DNA of 64,000 bases from assembly GCA_977016875.1 (NCBI GenBank), contig CDRNST010000273.1, positions 1,426,001-1,490,000 on the forward strand. The letters are read 5' to 3'. The notes below the pieces were generated by a model, which had not been told where the DNA came from, did no database searches, and saw only the letters and a program-made list of their open reading frames with translations. Source of the DNA: Pavona decussata (lineage: Eukaryota). Position numbers and translations under genes: made by a program. Below are positions 26,090-39,030 of the stretch, piece after piece (the stretch's first letter is position 1; each line of letters opens with the position of its first letter).

Positions 26090-26384
26090 AGCCGCCGTTA
26101 CACGTTGAAACTTTTAGCTGAAACTTGTGTGCAACTGCGCTGCGAAACAAGTTTCAGCAGGCGTTGCACCGTGTAACATGGTCGGTTTCGTGAAACTTTT
26201 TCGAACTTCCGTTGCGAGACAAGTTTCACGAAAAGTAGAACCGCTTTCTACTTCTGCAACGGCTCGCAACGGTCGCAGTGGTGAAAAAACAAGAGTTTCA
26301 CCGTGTAACACCACTTCGTGAAACTGGTCTCGCTCGCCGTTGCACACAAGTTTCAGCTAAAAGTTTCAATGTGTAACGGCGGCT
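26090..26384. mobile_element. PIF/Harbinger-type MITE
   Basis: ~45-bp TIRs agccgccgttacacgttgaaacttttagctgaaacttgtgtgcaac; TTA duplicated on both sides. Confidence 0.85.
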
Positions 26385-28877
26385 TTAGAGATGGTGGATC
26401 CTGTCATCATATCATTGAAGTGAACTCAAACAGAAAGAACATATTTTACAATGTTGCTGGATACCAACATAAATGAAATAGAGGCCTTCTTGCTGCCTTA
26501 CATCACAAAGCTAAAGGACTGTAAAGGAGCTGAGAGAGATGCCCCTTACTACGCTTCATTCCAAGTTAGAAATTTGTGGGGAATGCTCCAGCCATTTGTG
26601 ATCGTCACTTGGGCGAGAAGCAGTTTGCACCGATAGGCTCGGGAAATTTAGCCATTCAATTGCGTAGAACTGCGAGCTCTTTCACTTTTGTCTCGATCTC
26701 AGCCAATGAAAGCTCCTGCGAAGATAGACTCTTTTTCTTTAAAGACTACAATTCGTAAATGTTTTTTATCTTGTGAAAACAAGGTTGACAGAGTTTTTTT
26801 AGGAAAATTATCATCGAGCGAAACTTCCCTTCCCGAATAAAAACTCTAAAGACTTTTGCCAACTCCACACCGTGTTTCATTCACGAAACTATTGACAGAG
26901 TGGTTTCTAATTAAAACCCGTTTGATTATAACACCTACAGATGTTTAAAAAATTGTGCCAACGGCTTTTTCGGAGAATCTTTAGCGATCTTTTAGCGTCC
27001 GCCATCGTGCTGCATTTCTTTTTTACGCTACTTTTATTTTTCGCGCCAGGCTGCCAGTCGCCCATCCCACGCTCTGCCGTTAACATTTTCACTTCCGTTT
27101 TAGATTTCTTTTGTCAGGAACTAGCCAAGCCCCGCCGGCTATCGAGATACCGGGTCGACGTCACAACTCACTAGTGCCAGTCCTCTAATGGCGCGGTTTT
27201 AACTTCGGAAATTGCGATTTCGATCGCGTTTTAAAAATCGAGAATAACTTCAAATCTCATTATTTTGCTTGTTTTGGCTTCCTTTCTAAGTCTACTTTTG
27301 AGAATGAAAGGAATTAGGTAGGGGTCATAAGCACTTTAATTGTTACATCTTTTTTTTATTTTTATTTTTTTTTTGTTTACATTGTATTTGTGGTGTGGCA
27401 AAATAAATAAATAAAAAATAAATAAATAAATAAATAAAAGTATTAACTATAACAAACTGTTCTGCTATATTTCTTACTGTAAAATTGTAACAAGAATTGC
27501 TATGAAAAGAATTATTTAACTAATGATTTCAAGATGACATTGTCATGCAACGATGTTTTAAAATCATCAAATTTGGTCGATGTCTTATCTCCATAGGGAT
27601 CTTGTTTCATAAGACAGTTGGTTGATGACGTCACATAGCTTGTTTTTGAAAAATGGGGAACATTTATAGTCCAAAATTTTGAAAACGTTTCTCAATAAAA
27701 TGTTTAGTACAACTGTGCTTACCTAATTCCGCCCTTTAACATTTGTCATGTCACGTGACCTATTTTCCTTAATTGACCGTTACTGTTAACATGTGGACTT
27801 TCATTAAAAGGCGGGATGATAAAGCCCTTGGAAGGGGTCATCGAATAAGCAACAAACAAGATTGATATAATGTAGCTTTCTGTATCCTATTTTTGAGTAA
27901 AGATTATAACCGTTATAAGTCGTTTCAAGTCACGTGACTAAGATGTGATACAATATATTTTTCCAAGTTTCATGGAGATTAGACAAATGCTTCTCCTTTT
28001 AATAAAAATACACACAATTATTAGGTGTGAACTTGGGATTCCGAGAAGAATGGGGCGGCTATCAGATTAAAGGCCGCCACGATTATGTGAAGTATTATTA
28101 CCTCGTTCATGTGTTTTTGTTTTTTGTTTTCTTATTGGTTTGTTGTCGTTGTTTGTTTTTTGTGTCTTTTGCTGGCCAAAATTCTTCAGCACGTTGTTTT
28201 CTTTTTTTTTTCATTATTATTATTATTATTTTTTTTTTATTATTTGCGTTTCTAGTTCATGGCGAAATGTCGCACTGTCTCAACTTGCACCTTGCCGGTA
28301 CTCATTAGCGTTAATCTCATTTTAAGTTTTCATGAACGTTTTTTTTTTTTAGGAGCAAGGAATCACGCCGGAATAAAGGAAACTGAGCCGATAATTTTTT
28401 TCTCTTCTTCCTCTTATTATTATTTTTTATTTTTTTTATGTTTTGGCGTACAACACACATTACAAAATACAATACAGAATAGAGGTTTTCTATTCTAAGG
28501 TAACCTATTAAATGAACCCGCAAGGCAAACAATTTTACCGCTACGGAAATTTTGCTCATATAACTTGATTTAAAACTGATTCCGTATAGCACTTAGGAAA
28601 GTGAGAAAATTCTCGTTTGCTGGCAAAACTTCTAATTGGCTGACAATAGCACAATGAATAATTTATCATTTTCACTTTCTCGTTCTTCCAACCAAATTAA
28701 TAACGAGGGCATAAAATGACGATTTTCACGTTCATTGTCTTCGTTTCTTCTGCCAAACAGTAGCGGCAACTCATTTTTACTGCATTGATTCTCACATGCA
28801 ATTATTATATTCTTTCTAAAAGTTGCAACGTAGTCTCAAAATACTGCATGTAAAAACGCTTAAAACACACAGCTGAT

Positions 28878-31023
28878 ATGGCAACTTTACCTGTCATTTT
28901 CTTGCTGGTTCTCTTTCGCCATTCATCCGCTGGTAAATCCTGCCAAGATCATCACTCAGAACATGGTTTCGCCCTTTTGTATCAAGCGTACAAATCATTC
29001 ACTGCAGATCATTTGGTTACTTGCTACAGCGCCTGTACTACCCAACCAGCTTGCCAAAGCATGAACTACAATCTCGCTGACAAGACTTGTGAGTTTAACA
29101 ACGACACCAAGTATTTTCGTCCAAAGAATTTTGTGGAGAAACCAACCTCGGTGTACGCTGATAACCCCGATTCTGGTAAGTTGTTTTGTTATTCCTAACA
29201 GAAATGACAAGTTATCTTCGAGTTCCTTTAACGTTTGTAGCCTGCGTTTTATTTTTGTATATTCTTTCGTTTTTAAATCACCTTCCTTACGGTTACTATA
29301 CATGAAATTTCGTAAAGGCTAAAGTTATTCCAGAATATGAAGTGTATTCAGAAGTGCTGGAAATTGGTTTTCATTCCATCAACAAAAACTCTTTCATTAC
29401 TAAACCTATAGGTACTCCCCGCTTCAAAAATTAAAAATCCGGGATACCATATATTGTAATACTTTTTCTTGTCACGTTATCTTTTTCCTTGTAAATCTGG
29501 TCAGTACTATACTTTTCAGAGAAAGTTTTTGCGAGTGGAGAATCACTTTCCTACGGTGACCCGTAAGATCGAAGAAGCTAAAGCGAGTAAAGTTTTACAT
29601 CTCTTTTATCTATTGCGTCTATAATTATAACACTCGACTATACTGCAAGATAAATATTTTCACACGGTTCAAATCCTATCCTCTCAAAAATAACTAGAGA
29701 GGCCGGATACACTGAAACGAGCTTAGCCAAACCTAACCTAAAGGCCTCAAAGGGCATAAGAATGACAGCCTGTAAACAGAAACAACAAGAGGTCAAATGA
29801 AACAGGCGATAAATGTAGAACTCATAACCCAGATATGACCTTTGAGATCAAAATACGTAACATGTGACAGTTAAGCACATGGCTTTAATTTGTTCAGTCA
29901 CTTTTTTGCAAATTCTCCAAATTATCCTGTTAACCGGCTGCAAACATACAGGAAGCTAAATTGGTCAAAAGCGCGATATCGAAGCGGCAAATAACCACCT
30001 TATTTAACGTGACAATACCGACACTTTTACTGAAAAGCTTTCTACAAAATGTAGGTTTCCACCTGTCTCAGAATGGAACGGTGATCAACGAAGTGTTAAC
30101 TTTCTTTGTTGTTAGTTCTCGTCCTTGCTCCGAGAGGTTTTTATCCGGGTGCTCCGGTTTTCACCTCTTCTCCGAGAGGTTTTCTCCGAGAGGCTCCGAG
30201 AGGTTTTTATCCGGGTGCTCCGGTTTTCACCTCTTCTCAAAAAACCAACACTTCTAAATTCCAATTCCGATCTGGAAAATGTCTCCAATTAGTGCTCTGT
30301 ACTAAATACATTGGCACTTAAATAAAGTGATTTATTATTTATACCTTTCTTTTTGTTATTATTGCCTCCCGACATGACACTCATTCAATCGTTGCTACAG
30401 ATAAGAATTGTTTCTCAAGTAAGACAGGCCATATTCACTGTGCCATTTTGTACCTTACCAGAGTCATGTTTGCTATTTCTGCTGTAGCTGTTCCGTGTTA
30501 AATCCAATCAATTAAATTTAATCCTTTCACAAAAAAATCCTTTATTTATGAAACTGATACTAATCGCAAAATTTTCTTCTTTATCTTTTTGGTCACAGAA
30601 CACCCATGGCGAAAGCTGAACACCGCTCCAGTGTGTTTTGGCGCCAAAAATGACCAGTTTGGCAGGTTTCAGGTTGAGGTCGGTGGCTCTATAGAAGCAG
30701 TAAAACTGGTTCATGTGAATGGATCGGTAAGCTGCAGGCCTGGTGATTTTTCAAATTGGGGCTGTAGAGTGGATAAGATGATTTACACCATTTTAACGAC
30801 CTCAAGCAAAGTTATCCTCCTCCCGGAGAGTCGACAGCGCTTTTATACGATACCCGGATACACTTCAAACTCCAAGCAGATTATCTTCACTGGTTTGACA
30901 AATCCTCTGCTTCTTTCCTCTGGCCAGGAGTTACGAATCTGGTATGGCGAGGATTTCGAAAATAGACGGGAAAGTGGCAATAAAGGAATGACCTGTGCTG
31001 ATGTGTACGCCAAGTACATATAA
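28878..31023 (+). CDS. Secreted PAN/apple-domain protein with a C-terminal uncharacterised (cnidarian-type) domain, 2 exons, 240 aa
   Basis: Exons 28878-29175 and 30599-31023 join in phase 1 (723 nt). Signal peptide MATLPVIFLLVLFRHSSAG; PAN pattern CYSAC...CQSMNY....KTCEFN; second domain VCFGAKNDQFG...WGC...LRIWYGED...CADVY. Confidence 0.88.
30105..30340 (+). mobile_element. SINE 3' fragment with an internal ~45-bp duplication
   Basis: ctccgagaggtttttatccgggtgctccggttttcacctcttctc occurs twice, followed by aaaaaccaacacttctaaattccaattc...aaataaag. Confidence 0.6.
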
Positions 31024-31134
31024 GCAGCCATATATGCACGCTTGAAGCTTGTTTCATTTTTAACAATGTCTTGTCCTAGTTTAGTAAATACTAAGGTATC
31101 TTTAAAAATTGACGAGTAACTAGGGTAAGACATA

Positions 31135-31297
31135 ATAATTTAAAGCGTTCTCTGCTCAAAAAGTAAAAAGGTTGAAACGAGCTTTCAATTGCCAGTCTGC
31201 AATCTTTAACATCACTTGTCAAAGATTGCAGACTGTCAATCGAAAACTCGTTTTAACCTTTTTTAACTTTTAACCAGAGAACGCTTTAAATTATTAT
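31135..31297. repeat. ~160-bp imperfect palindrome (MITE-like) just 3' of the PAN gene
   Basis: ataatttaaagcgttctctg...gtctgcaatcttt / aaagattgcagac...cagagaacgctttaaattat. Confidence 0.85.
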
Positions 31298-31484
31298 AGC
31301 TAAGGTATTGTCAATTAATGTCACTGTAATGGTGCGGGATCAACTCATTTAAAACATCACATTCAGCGACTTGCGATGCTATGCTATTGTATCAAGGTTT
31401 CTTTGATTGGTCCATACCAACAGAGTCCAGAGGAATTCTATTTGATCACACAAACGGGCATGTTTACTTTATTTGTACATTTAA

Positions 31485-31893
31485 GGCCCAGTTCAGACGC
31501 CGAACTTTTCATGAGCCGAACTTAATTCAAATTAAGGTCGGCCCAAATCACGAAAATCCCGCCTTTTGATTCAGACGCCGAACTTAATTAGCCGAACTTA
31601 ATTTACTTGAAGCAAAACCAATCGAAATGTTAGCTTTTTTTTTTTATTTTTTAATTTTTTTATTTGAAATACGTTATAATAATTTATGCATTAGGTTCGG
31701 CTCATGAAAAGTTCGACGTCTGAATCAAAGGCGTTCGAAAGCCGAAATTCCCAGCTGAGCCAGGCGGGAAGAACGGCTGAGCCGTTCCAAATTGAAACAG
31801 CCGTTCTCAACTGATTCAGACGCCGAACTTTTCGTGTACTTAATTCGAGGTATTAGGTTCGGCTCATGAAAAGTTCGGCGTCTGAACCGGGCC
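31485..31893. mobile_element. PIF/Harbinger-type MITE
   Basis: TIRs ggcccagttcagacgccgaacttttcatgagccgaac / gttcggctcatgaaaagttcggcgtctgaaccgggcc; TAA TSD. Confidence 0.88.
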
Positions 31894-32054
31894 TAAGATT
31901 CCCAAAATGAAAGCGTTCTAAATTGTGGCATTCTGCCCTTCTATACTTCTATATTCGTCGATCTCATCTCGTTCATGGCACGGTTTCTTGTTTACATCCA
32001 TATACTGCGGACCAAAGTAGTATGGGCTCGCAAGGCCTCGTGCCTACTGTTCGG

Positions 32055-32355
32055 CAATCTCGTACCCAGAGTCTTCAGGCTCTTTGGCCAACGGTTGGTT
32101 GCCACGAGAGACCCTTGGGAAATGGAATTTTATAACCGCAGGTTTTCTGCGGTAAAACGATGCAAGCCGTTTACAGGGCAGCCAATCAAAAAAATTAAAT
32201 AGAATTCCAGTTTCTCAGAGTCTCTCCTGGCGACCAACTGCTGACCAAAGAGCCCGAGGACTCTGAGTACGAGGTTGAATGTTCGGAAAGCAATCTCCTA
32301 CCCAGAGTCCTCAGTCTCTTTGGCCAGCAGTTGGTCGCCAAGAGAGACTCTGGAG
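32055..32355. mobile_element. Palindromic non-autonomous element plus a partial second copy; termini resemble 23998
   Basis: caatctcgtacccagagtc...gactctgagtacgaggttg, then caatctcctacccagagtcc again. Confidence 0.7.
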
Positions 32356-34299
32356 GAACAATTAAAACTCTGAAGGATTTCATTTCGGCAACAACCCTCA
32401 CTGTACAAATTTAAGATGTTTTAGAATTAAGAAGATGAGATCTATGAACAAGAGCAATTTTATTAGACCGAGTCAGGTCTTAACAACATGTCCAAAGTAA
32501 CCAAACATGTCCAGGTAACCAAAACGTAACGTAGGAGTCGTATGGAGCTGAAATTTTATCGAAAGCTAATCAACAATTCTACACCGAAAACTTGTAAACA
32601 GTAGTGATAATTAAACGTTAGCTTGGAGTGTTTCTTGTCTTTTTATGTTTTTTCTGGGTTCTCGAAAACGGTGTTAAGGAATTTAACTCTCACCGATATT
32701 ACAAGCAACTGCATGGAAATTCTACACGCCAAGCCAGAAAGTCAGTTAGAAAAGTTCGCTTAAAATCGCCTTTTACTCAAGCACTCACTTTCCTACCTCA
32801 ACACATTCCAAGAAAGATAGATGAAGAACCTTTCTTTTTGTTTAGTCTCCAAGACGTTACTTTTTCAAGGCACAATCCCCCCTTGTAAACAAAGATAAAT
32901 TCAACTTGGCCGCCATTTTAGCCGTCAACTTGAAATGTTGTAACAAACTCACCGTCAAACCTAAGCACGAGTAGTTAAAGTCGCCCTACTGGGGACTCTT
33001 TGGTGCACCTTTGGTTTGAACACCTTCCAAACACATCCCCCTCCCTCCCGGGTAAGTGAAGTTTTTTACCTGCCTGTCCCTATTTCGCGCCAAAGAGGGG
33101 TTCCGTTGTTGGGCAATAAATGGTTCTGCAACTGTATTTTTGTTGAAAGGTGAACTTTCTGGCGACAATAACAACAATGACTTAATTTCTTTAAATAAAA
33201 CTTTAACGGAGCGCAATCTTTTTACTGACTTACCTCGTTACATGATAGCTTTAACCAAACACTTCCGGCGATTTTATTACGATCAAAATGGTAAGAAATG
33301 TTTACTAGCTTTGTGAATTCGAAGAAATGCTGAAAACGATAGTAAACTTTTACCTCATTCTTTGGTTTGTTGCTTACATTAGTTGATGACATGTTCAATT
33401 GAAATATGGCCGTGTAAGTCTAGTGTCACAACTTTTACTTCCCACTTGTGGAACAGAAACTGTTTTGCGGCGAAATATTTTAACATCGTTTTCACAGTGG
33501 ATCTGCACTGACATAAGAGAGCCTGTGAGCAGAGCTAAATCGTATATTACAATAAGTGGATTAATTTCGTGCGCCCTGATTTAGTACAATAATATAATTA
33601 AAGCTAATGATTGTTACTCATCCTATTATTAACGTGAAGGGTCATCATTTGTATTTACTGAATTAGGAGGTGTTGAATGATTTGTATTCTCCAGAACTAA
33701 CGGCTGCAAGTCTTGCAAAATTCACGATCTCGCTACTGGGTTTCGAGTCAGTGATAGCCCGAGATGTGAAAAGTTCTAATCAGAAATTCTAAGAAAGTTA
33801 AATTTCTTCGATCTTAGTTCATATTGGTTTTATACCTACTTTCCGAAGGGAACTTAATGGAAGAGTTGTCTGCGAAATCTATTTCTGAGTGAAAATTGAA
33901 TATGAGGATCTTAGAGAGATTTGCTCTTAAAGTCAAAAGGTTTGGTAACATTTCAGTTCCCATTACTGCTTCAGATGCGATTTAGCTGTGTTCCGAGACT
34001 ACAGATCACAAGTTTGAGATTTTTAGTTTGTTCTGTGTTTGAACTTTTATTTGCTGAATATCAATTTACCAGTTTACCCGTATCGTTTATCTTCCAGACG
34101 TTTTCGTTTTACTTTTTCAGTGAAAATCTTTTCATGTAGGGAGTGAATGAATATTTTTTTTAAAATCGTGAAATTAACTTCTACGATCATTTTAGGTTGG
34201 ATCACCTAGATTTAAAAGTAAAGTTGCGAGGATCTTTCTTCTATTTGATCTATCATCTGTAGTTCAAAATATATGTTTCATATGTTTACATTTATTTAT

Positions 34300-34368
34300 T
34301 CATTCCACACGGGTATATTACGAACTCACAATATGACCAGCTCCCAGTTGGCTTGATAGCTCAGTTGG

Positions 34369-34405
<37 letters not shown>

Positions 34406-34490
34406 TAATCCCGTTAGTTCAATCCTGAATTTCTTTTAGGCTTTCTTTTTGCAACTGCTTAAGCAACTGCGAGGATCTTTCTTCTATTTC
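34300..34490 (+). mobile_element. tRNA-related SINE-like repeat
   Basis: A box tagctcagttgg, B box ggttctaatccc, non-tRNA flanks; second copy on minus at 63875-64000. Confidence 0.75.
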
Positions 34491-35039
34491 ATTACCTCGA
34501 TTTGTTGACGATAATTTAGAAATAATTGGTATGCTTCAATCGCTGTCAAAACTGACAGTCTTACTCAAGTTAATGACGGTTATAACTCTTGTGTCAGTTC
34601 CTCATTTGTTAGTGGCCACGAGGGTGTAGTTCCCTTCCTCATCTAAAAAACCGCGGGCAGTGTTTGTATGATCATCACTTGAGGGCGTAGCGAAAGTTGG
34701 TGAGTGCGGAGTAAGAGAGAAAGAATCAAAGGCTCCTGTGAGCCAACTCGCTGATGCAAAAGTGAATAGTGGTAGCCGTAAAGCAGTACTTGCATCAAAC
34801 TACAACTAAGAATTTGTGGACGCCATGCGGGAATGAAGTGTGACCTGAAAGGTATAAAACATTGTTCGCATTGTGTTTGGTTGGCCAGGACTCGAAATAT
34901 AAATCGTAGATGACATGGGAATGTCCAAACATGTTTTACCAACTTAAACTTGCGTATTTTTTTTAAATTGCTGTTTCTCTGCTGTATTCCCGATTGTTTG
35001 GAAGTATTATCCACGACATAGCAGCAAAGTATGACAACA

Positions 35040-35640
35040 AAGTCAGCATCTCCTAGCTCCATAAGCTCGAGAAGGCTTCATCAAAGTATGCAAAGCTGAG
35101 TTGGATTTGAATTTTCTGAGGAACTGCCTATCCTTCAATGTATTCCCAAGTTCCTATGTTTTCCATTGCCAAATACAACAAACATGATGTATATTCTATT
35201 CGGAAACGTTTACTACGAAGTGCAATCGGTAGGCGAAGGAAGGAACTATGTAGGTTAACGACTGCAAGAGACAAGTTGACTCAACACATCAGCAGCATTG
35301 TCAGTACAATTGATCGCTACGTCCTCCGCCGTACCATGCAGAACAATGTCAAAAAGGCTGTTATCCGTGCTATCAAAACTCACTAGAAAAAGTTACGAAC
35401 CCTGACACGAAACATGGTTCTTCCATTTTCTTCAACTCAGACAGTTACCAACCTCTCCTTACACAATCTCACGAATGAACAACTTGAGATCCTTAAACTC
35501 GGTCTAACACATTCCACCTGTCCCCCCACAGAACGGATGTATTATCTTGTTTTGAAATGATTAATCGCAACATGGTCTGACAGGAATCAAAAGGGAAAAT
35601 GATAGCTCATCTCTCTCACCTTGCCCACGTTCGCCTCGTT
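35040..35640 (+). mobile_element. Penelope-like retroelement N-terminal fragment
   Basis: Frameshifted KLEK...KAELDLNFLRNCLSFNVFP...IRKRLLRSAI...VTNLS...LTNEQLEILKLGL. Confidence 0.65.
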
Positions 35641-36350
35641 CGCTTTACTGTATACTTACGGGATCTAAATTGTTAACGTACCAGTATAGCGCCCGCGCTA
35701 CAACTAGCGTAATTACATGTGTAGTCGGTTTGTTAGCTGTGATGATGGCCAAATACTGTGGAGTAATAACAATAACATTCGACTTCAAACGTCATCTTTC
35801 GTTGACAGTCCATGTGGTCAAAACTACTATAGTCGAACAGGACCCAGCAAACCCCAAAATAGATGGTGGCCTCAGCCTGCACCCCCCACCCCCCCCCCCC
35901 CCTTCCTCAACCTCTGCATAGCCATCCCTCCATCTAGCAGTAAAAAAATGACAGTGAGATTCAAACCTCACTTTCCTTGTTTATCTAGCAATGCTGACCC
36001 TTGTTAGCTGAAAATTTCTGTGTCAACTCAAATTTTAAGGCCAAAAAAATTATGTCAGTAATGTTCATGAGATAGTTGGTGTGGTCTCTTTTTTCCTTAA
36101 TTTTCACCCATAGTCGACTTTCACAATTATTACTATTAACAATTTTTTTCGTGTTTTCACAATTGAAATATTAACTTCATGAGCGATAATGTTAATTTCA
36201 TGTATTATGTTAAAATATTTCTAGGTAGCATTGATTCTTTGATGGCCTGACGTTTAATTATTTGACTGATTGTCCATGAAAAAATCTGGCGAGGTTTGTC
36301 AATTGAAACTTTGTTCAAACTTTCCGGGTATAACAGGAAGTGACATCACC

Positions 36351-36533
36351 ATAGACCTTATTCCAAAATGGCTCCCATTTTAATATTCTTTTGTTTGCAT
36401 TCAAATTAGCTTTTCTTGACTCGTTCAAGATAAAATATTATTTTGATATTTGAGCTTAAGAACGAGATAAGAAGGGCTAATTTGAATACCAACAAAAGAA
36501 TTAAAATGGAAGCCATTTTTGAATAAGGTTTAT
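36351..36533. mobile_element. Short MITE
   Basis: TIRs atagaccttattccaaaatggct / agccatttttgaataaggtttat. Confidence 0.7.
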
Positions 36534-38379
36534 TACCCGCATCATCCGGACAAGCAATCCTTTTGCGAAAAGGCGAAGTCGACCCCTCCCTCGTGCTTCG
36601 ATCGAACATCCACAATGTTTAATTTTACCGCTGAGCAACCCCATTCTTATTTCCCATTCCCTGTTTTAGTAACGTCCTGTGAACCTTTTCGTGTCTCGCT
36701 CCTCGTCGAAATTCTCCGAATCGGACCCAGATTTCGCCATCAAAGTAGATTAATTCACTAATTCACACAACACAAAAGCTTACTAGTTTCTAAACGCAAA
36801 ATGCTGTACACAACTGGAAGATGCGCAAAATGATTTGAAGTTTTGACTTAACCCAACGATACGCTGACCGCTTTCTGAGCAGACGATGCAATTCCAAGAT
36901 GACGGTTATCTATTTGCATTTTTACTTGTATTTCAGGTAAAATATCTGAGTTGAAATAAGCTGTCAGGTATAGAAAGAGCTTGTCAAAAATTGAAGCATC
37001 GATCAAAGGCCAAACAAACAAAAATTGCTCATTTTACCTCGGAGCTCCCGTTCAAGCTCTATTTCTGTCCATTCAGTTGCTTAAAAGTACTTTGGAGAAG
37101 TGTGACATCTGCCGGGCTTTTACGCATCATTATTAAATGATGTTCACAATCGTGGCTGCAGCTCGAGAGACCGACCGAGGGCAACATCCACTGTCATGGG
37201 TGTGAGTAGAAAGTTGAGCGTATTGTCGCGAGACCAGTTCAAGGAAGTAAAGAGGAGTACTTAAGTCAGTAGAAGAATTACTCCCTTACTGAAAATACAT
37301 GAAAAACAGCCGAACAGGTACCCGAAGATCTGATCACCACCTTCGAAAGCAGATATGTGGGTCCACTTCGCGCGGATAAATGCAGAGAAAGCCGGCTCGC
37401 TTTTCTGTTCGTGAAGGGTTTGAAACCTCCCCATGGTATATAACGGGACTATCACAATACAACACGATGTCCTGAGATCGCTGTTTTCTGATATGCCGTT
37501 GGACCTTCGTCGGACTCCGTACCTAACCAGTCAAAAGGACCTGATAAAAGCTGGTCTTCAAATTCTCCCAATTTCGTTTTCAAAATAGGTGGACAAGGAC
37601 ATCAATAAAACATTTGCCAAACCGCAGTTTTAAGAAAGCTAAAACTGTACAATTTGGGTTTGGCAGAAACCATCCGCTCCCCTCTTGTGTATTTTATTAC
37701 ATCAACCACGAAACATTGAACTACGATGAAGACTAGGCTTTAATCAAGTATTAAAACTAGTTTTTAACGCCAGTATTGACATTGGCTTTTAAGTTTACGC
37801 ATTTTCAAACAAAACACAACAAAACAAAAAGTAATTCAACGAAAAAAACACTCACACTCGCCACTGTCGTTCTATTAATCTTTGTAATTTAACATTAGTT
37901 GAAGAAGCCCTGCTACTGACATAACTCTCGTGGTTTCTTTGGGTTTTCTCTCGATTTTCCTTTATTTCTTTACGATTTTGTAAATAATATTTGGTGGCAA
38001 AAAAATTAAAAAGGAAAAAATACGGTTAAAAGCAAACAAACAAACAAAATAAAAGAAAAACAAAACGAATGCACGAGCAGAACCAGGAAGTAACTACATG
38101 TATTAGCAGCCTGATTTCCATGAAGCAAACTAAGGCAAAATCAATATGGTTTTTGTAAAGTTAATCTTGTTCCGTTTGTCCTTTTATGAAGCCCGAAGAT
38201 CTGGAAATGTTCTTGCTTTTATAAGTTGCCTAAAAAGACAAACACAAAGAAAACGATAATCTAAGATTTCTAACTTGTTAGGTGGCCAATTTACTTTATC
38301 AACTTTGTCCATTACCCCACGGACGCAATCAATCATTTAATCAAATTTGTTAAAGGAGATTCTGTTGCAAACTTAGTGA

Positions 38380-38976
38380 GGATGAAGGTATCTAAGATAC
38401 TCGGAATGTTCTTCAGTATAAAACCTTCACTTACGCTTCAAGCTGCAAATCGATTATTGTGATGTTGTATGGCATGAATGTGGACAAGGAAACAGTGACA
38501 AGATTGAACGACTACAGAGACGAGCAGTTAGGATCGTCTACTTCAAAGCTGCCCTTAAATTATCAACCGATCAAATTTTGACCAATCTGGGTTGGGAACC
38601 TCTCTATATGAAAAGACGGACACACATTCAAGATTTGTTAATGAATGCATTTCAAATAGAGTTCCCAGATACTTTTTAATTTTAATTATTTTAATGTGAG
38701 AAACCATGGGATTCACCAATACAAAACTAGAAATAATGATGACCTTATTTTGGAAAAATTTAGCTTCGAATGCACCAAGCGCGCTTTTTTGCACAAAAGT
38801 GCAAAATTTTTTAATAATTCTTAGAATTTATAACTGTTTGAAACTTCCTTTTAATGTTAGTATCCTAGAATATTTGTGGTCTCCTTTTATTTTACATTAT
38901 TTTGTTAGCAGGACCTGCATTGACAGCAGTTTACTTCTTAAAACTGATGCATCAATCCTGTATAAATATGTTTGAC

Positions 38977-39030
<54 letters not shown>
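38380..39030 (+). mobile_element. 5'-truncated L2/CR1-group LINE with (TTA)n tail
   Basis: YCDVVWHECGQGNSDKIERLQRRAVRIV...LGWEPL..KR...HQYKTRNN...CTKRAF, followed by a 3' UTR and a TTA microsatellite (38977-39029). Confidence 0.85.

Larger units (their letters stand above)
23998..27200. mobile_element. Decayed helicase-bearing (AcademH-like) DNA transposon
   Basis: Terminal hairpin ctcgtccccagagcc...ggctctggggac, RecQ remnants on plus, and a convergent decayed Cys-finger ORF on minus (~27005-26700). The right boundary is uncertain. Confidence 0.45.

Noticed and set aside
26114-26347. Mirror-image ORFs on both strands (also 59681-59969)
   Set aside because: Products of palindromic MITEs.
34345-34420. 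Possible tRNA gene
   Set aside because: A/B boxes are present, but it is embedded in conserved non-tRNA flanks shared with 63875-64000 and I could not build a convincing acceptor stem. Treated as SINE-like.
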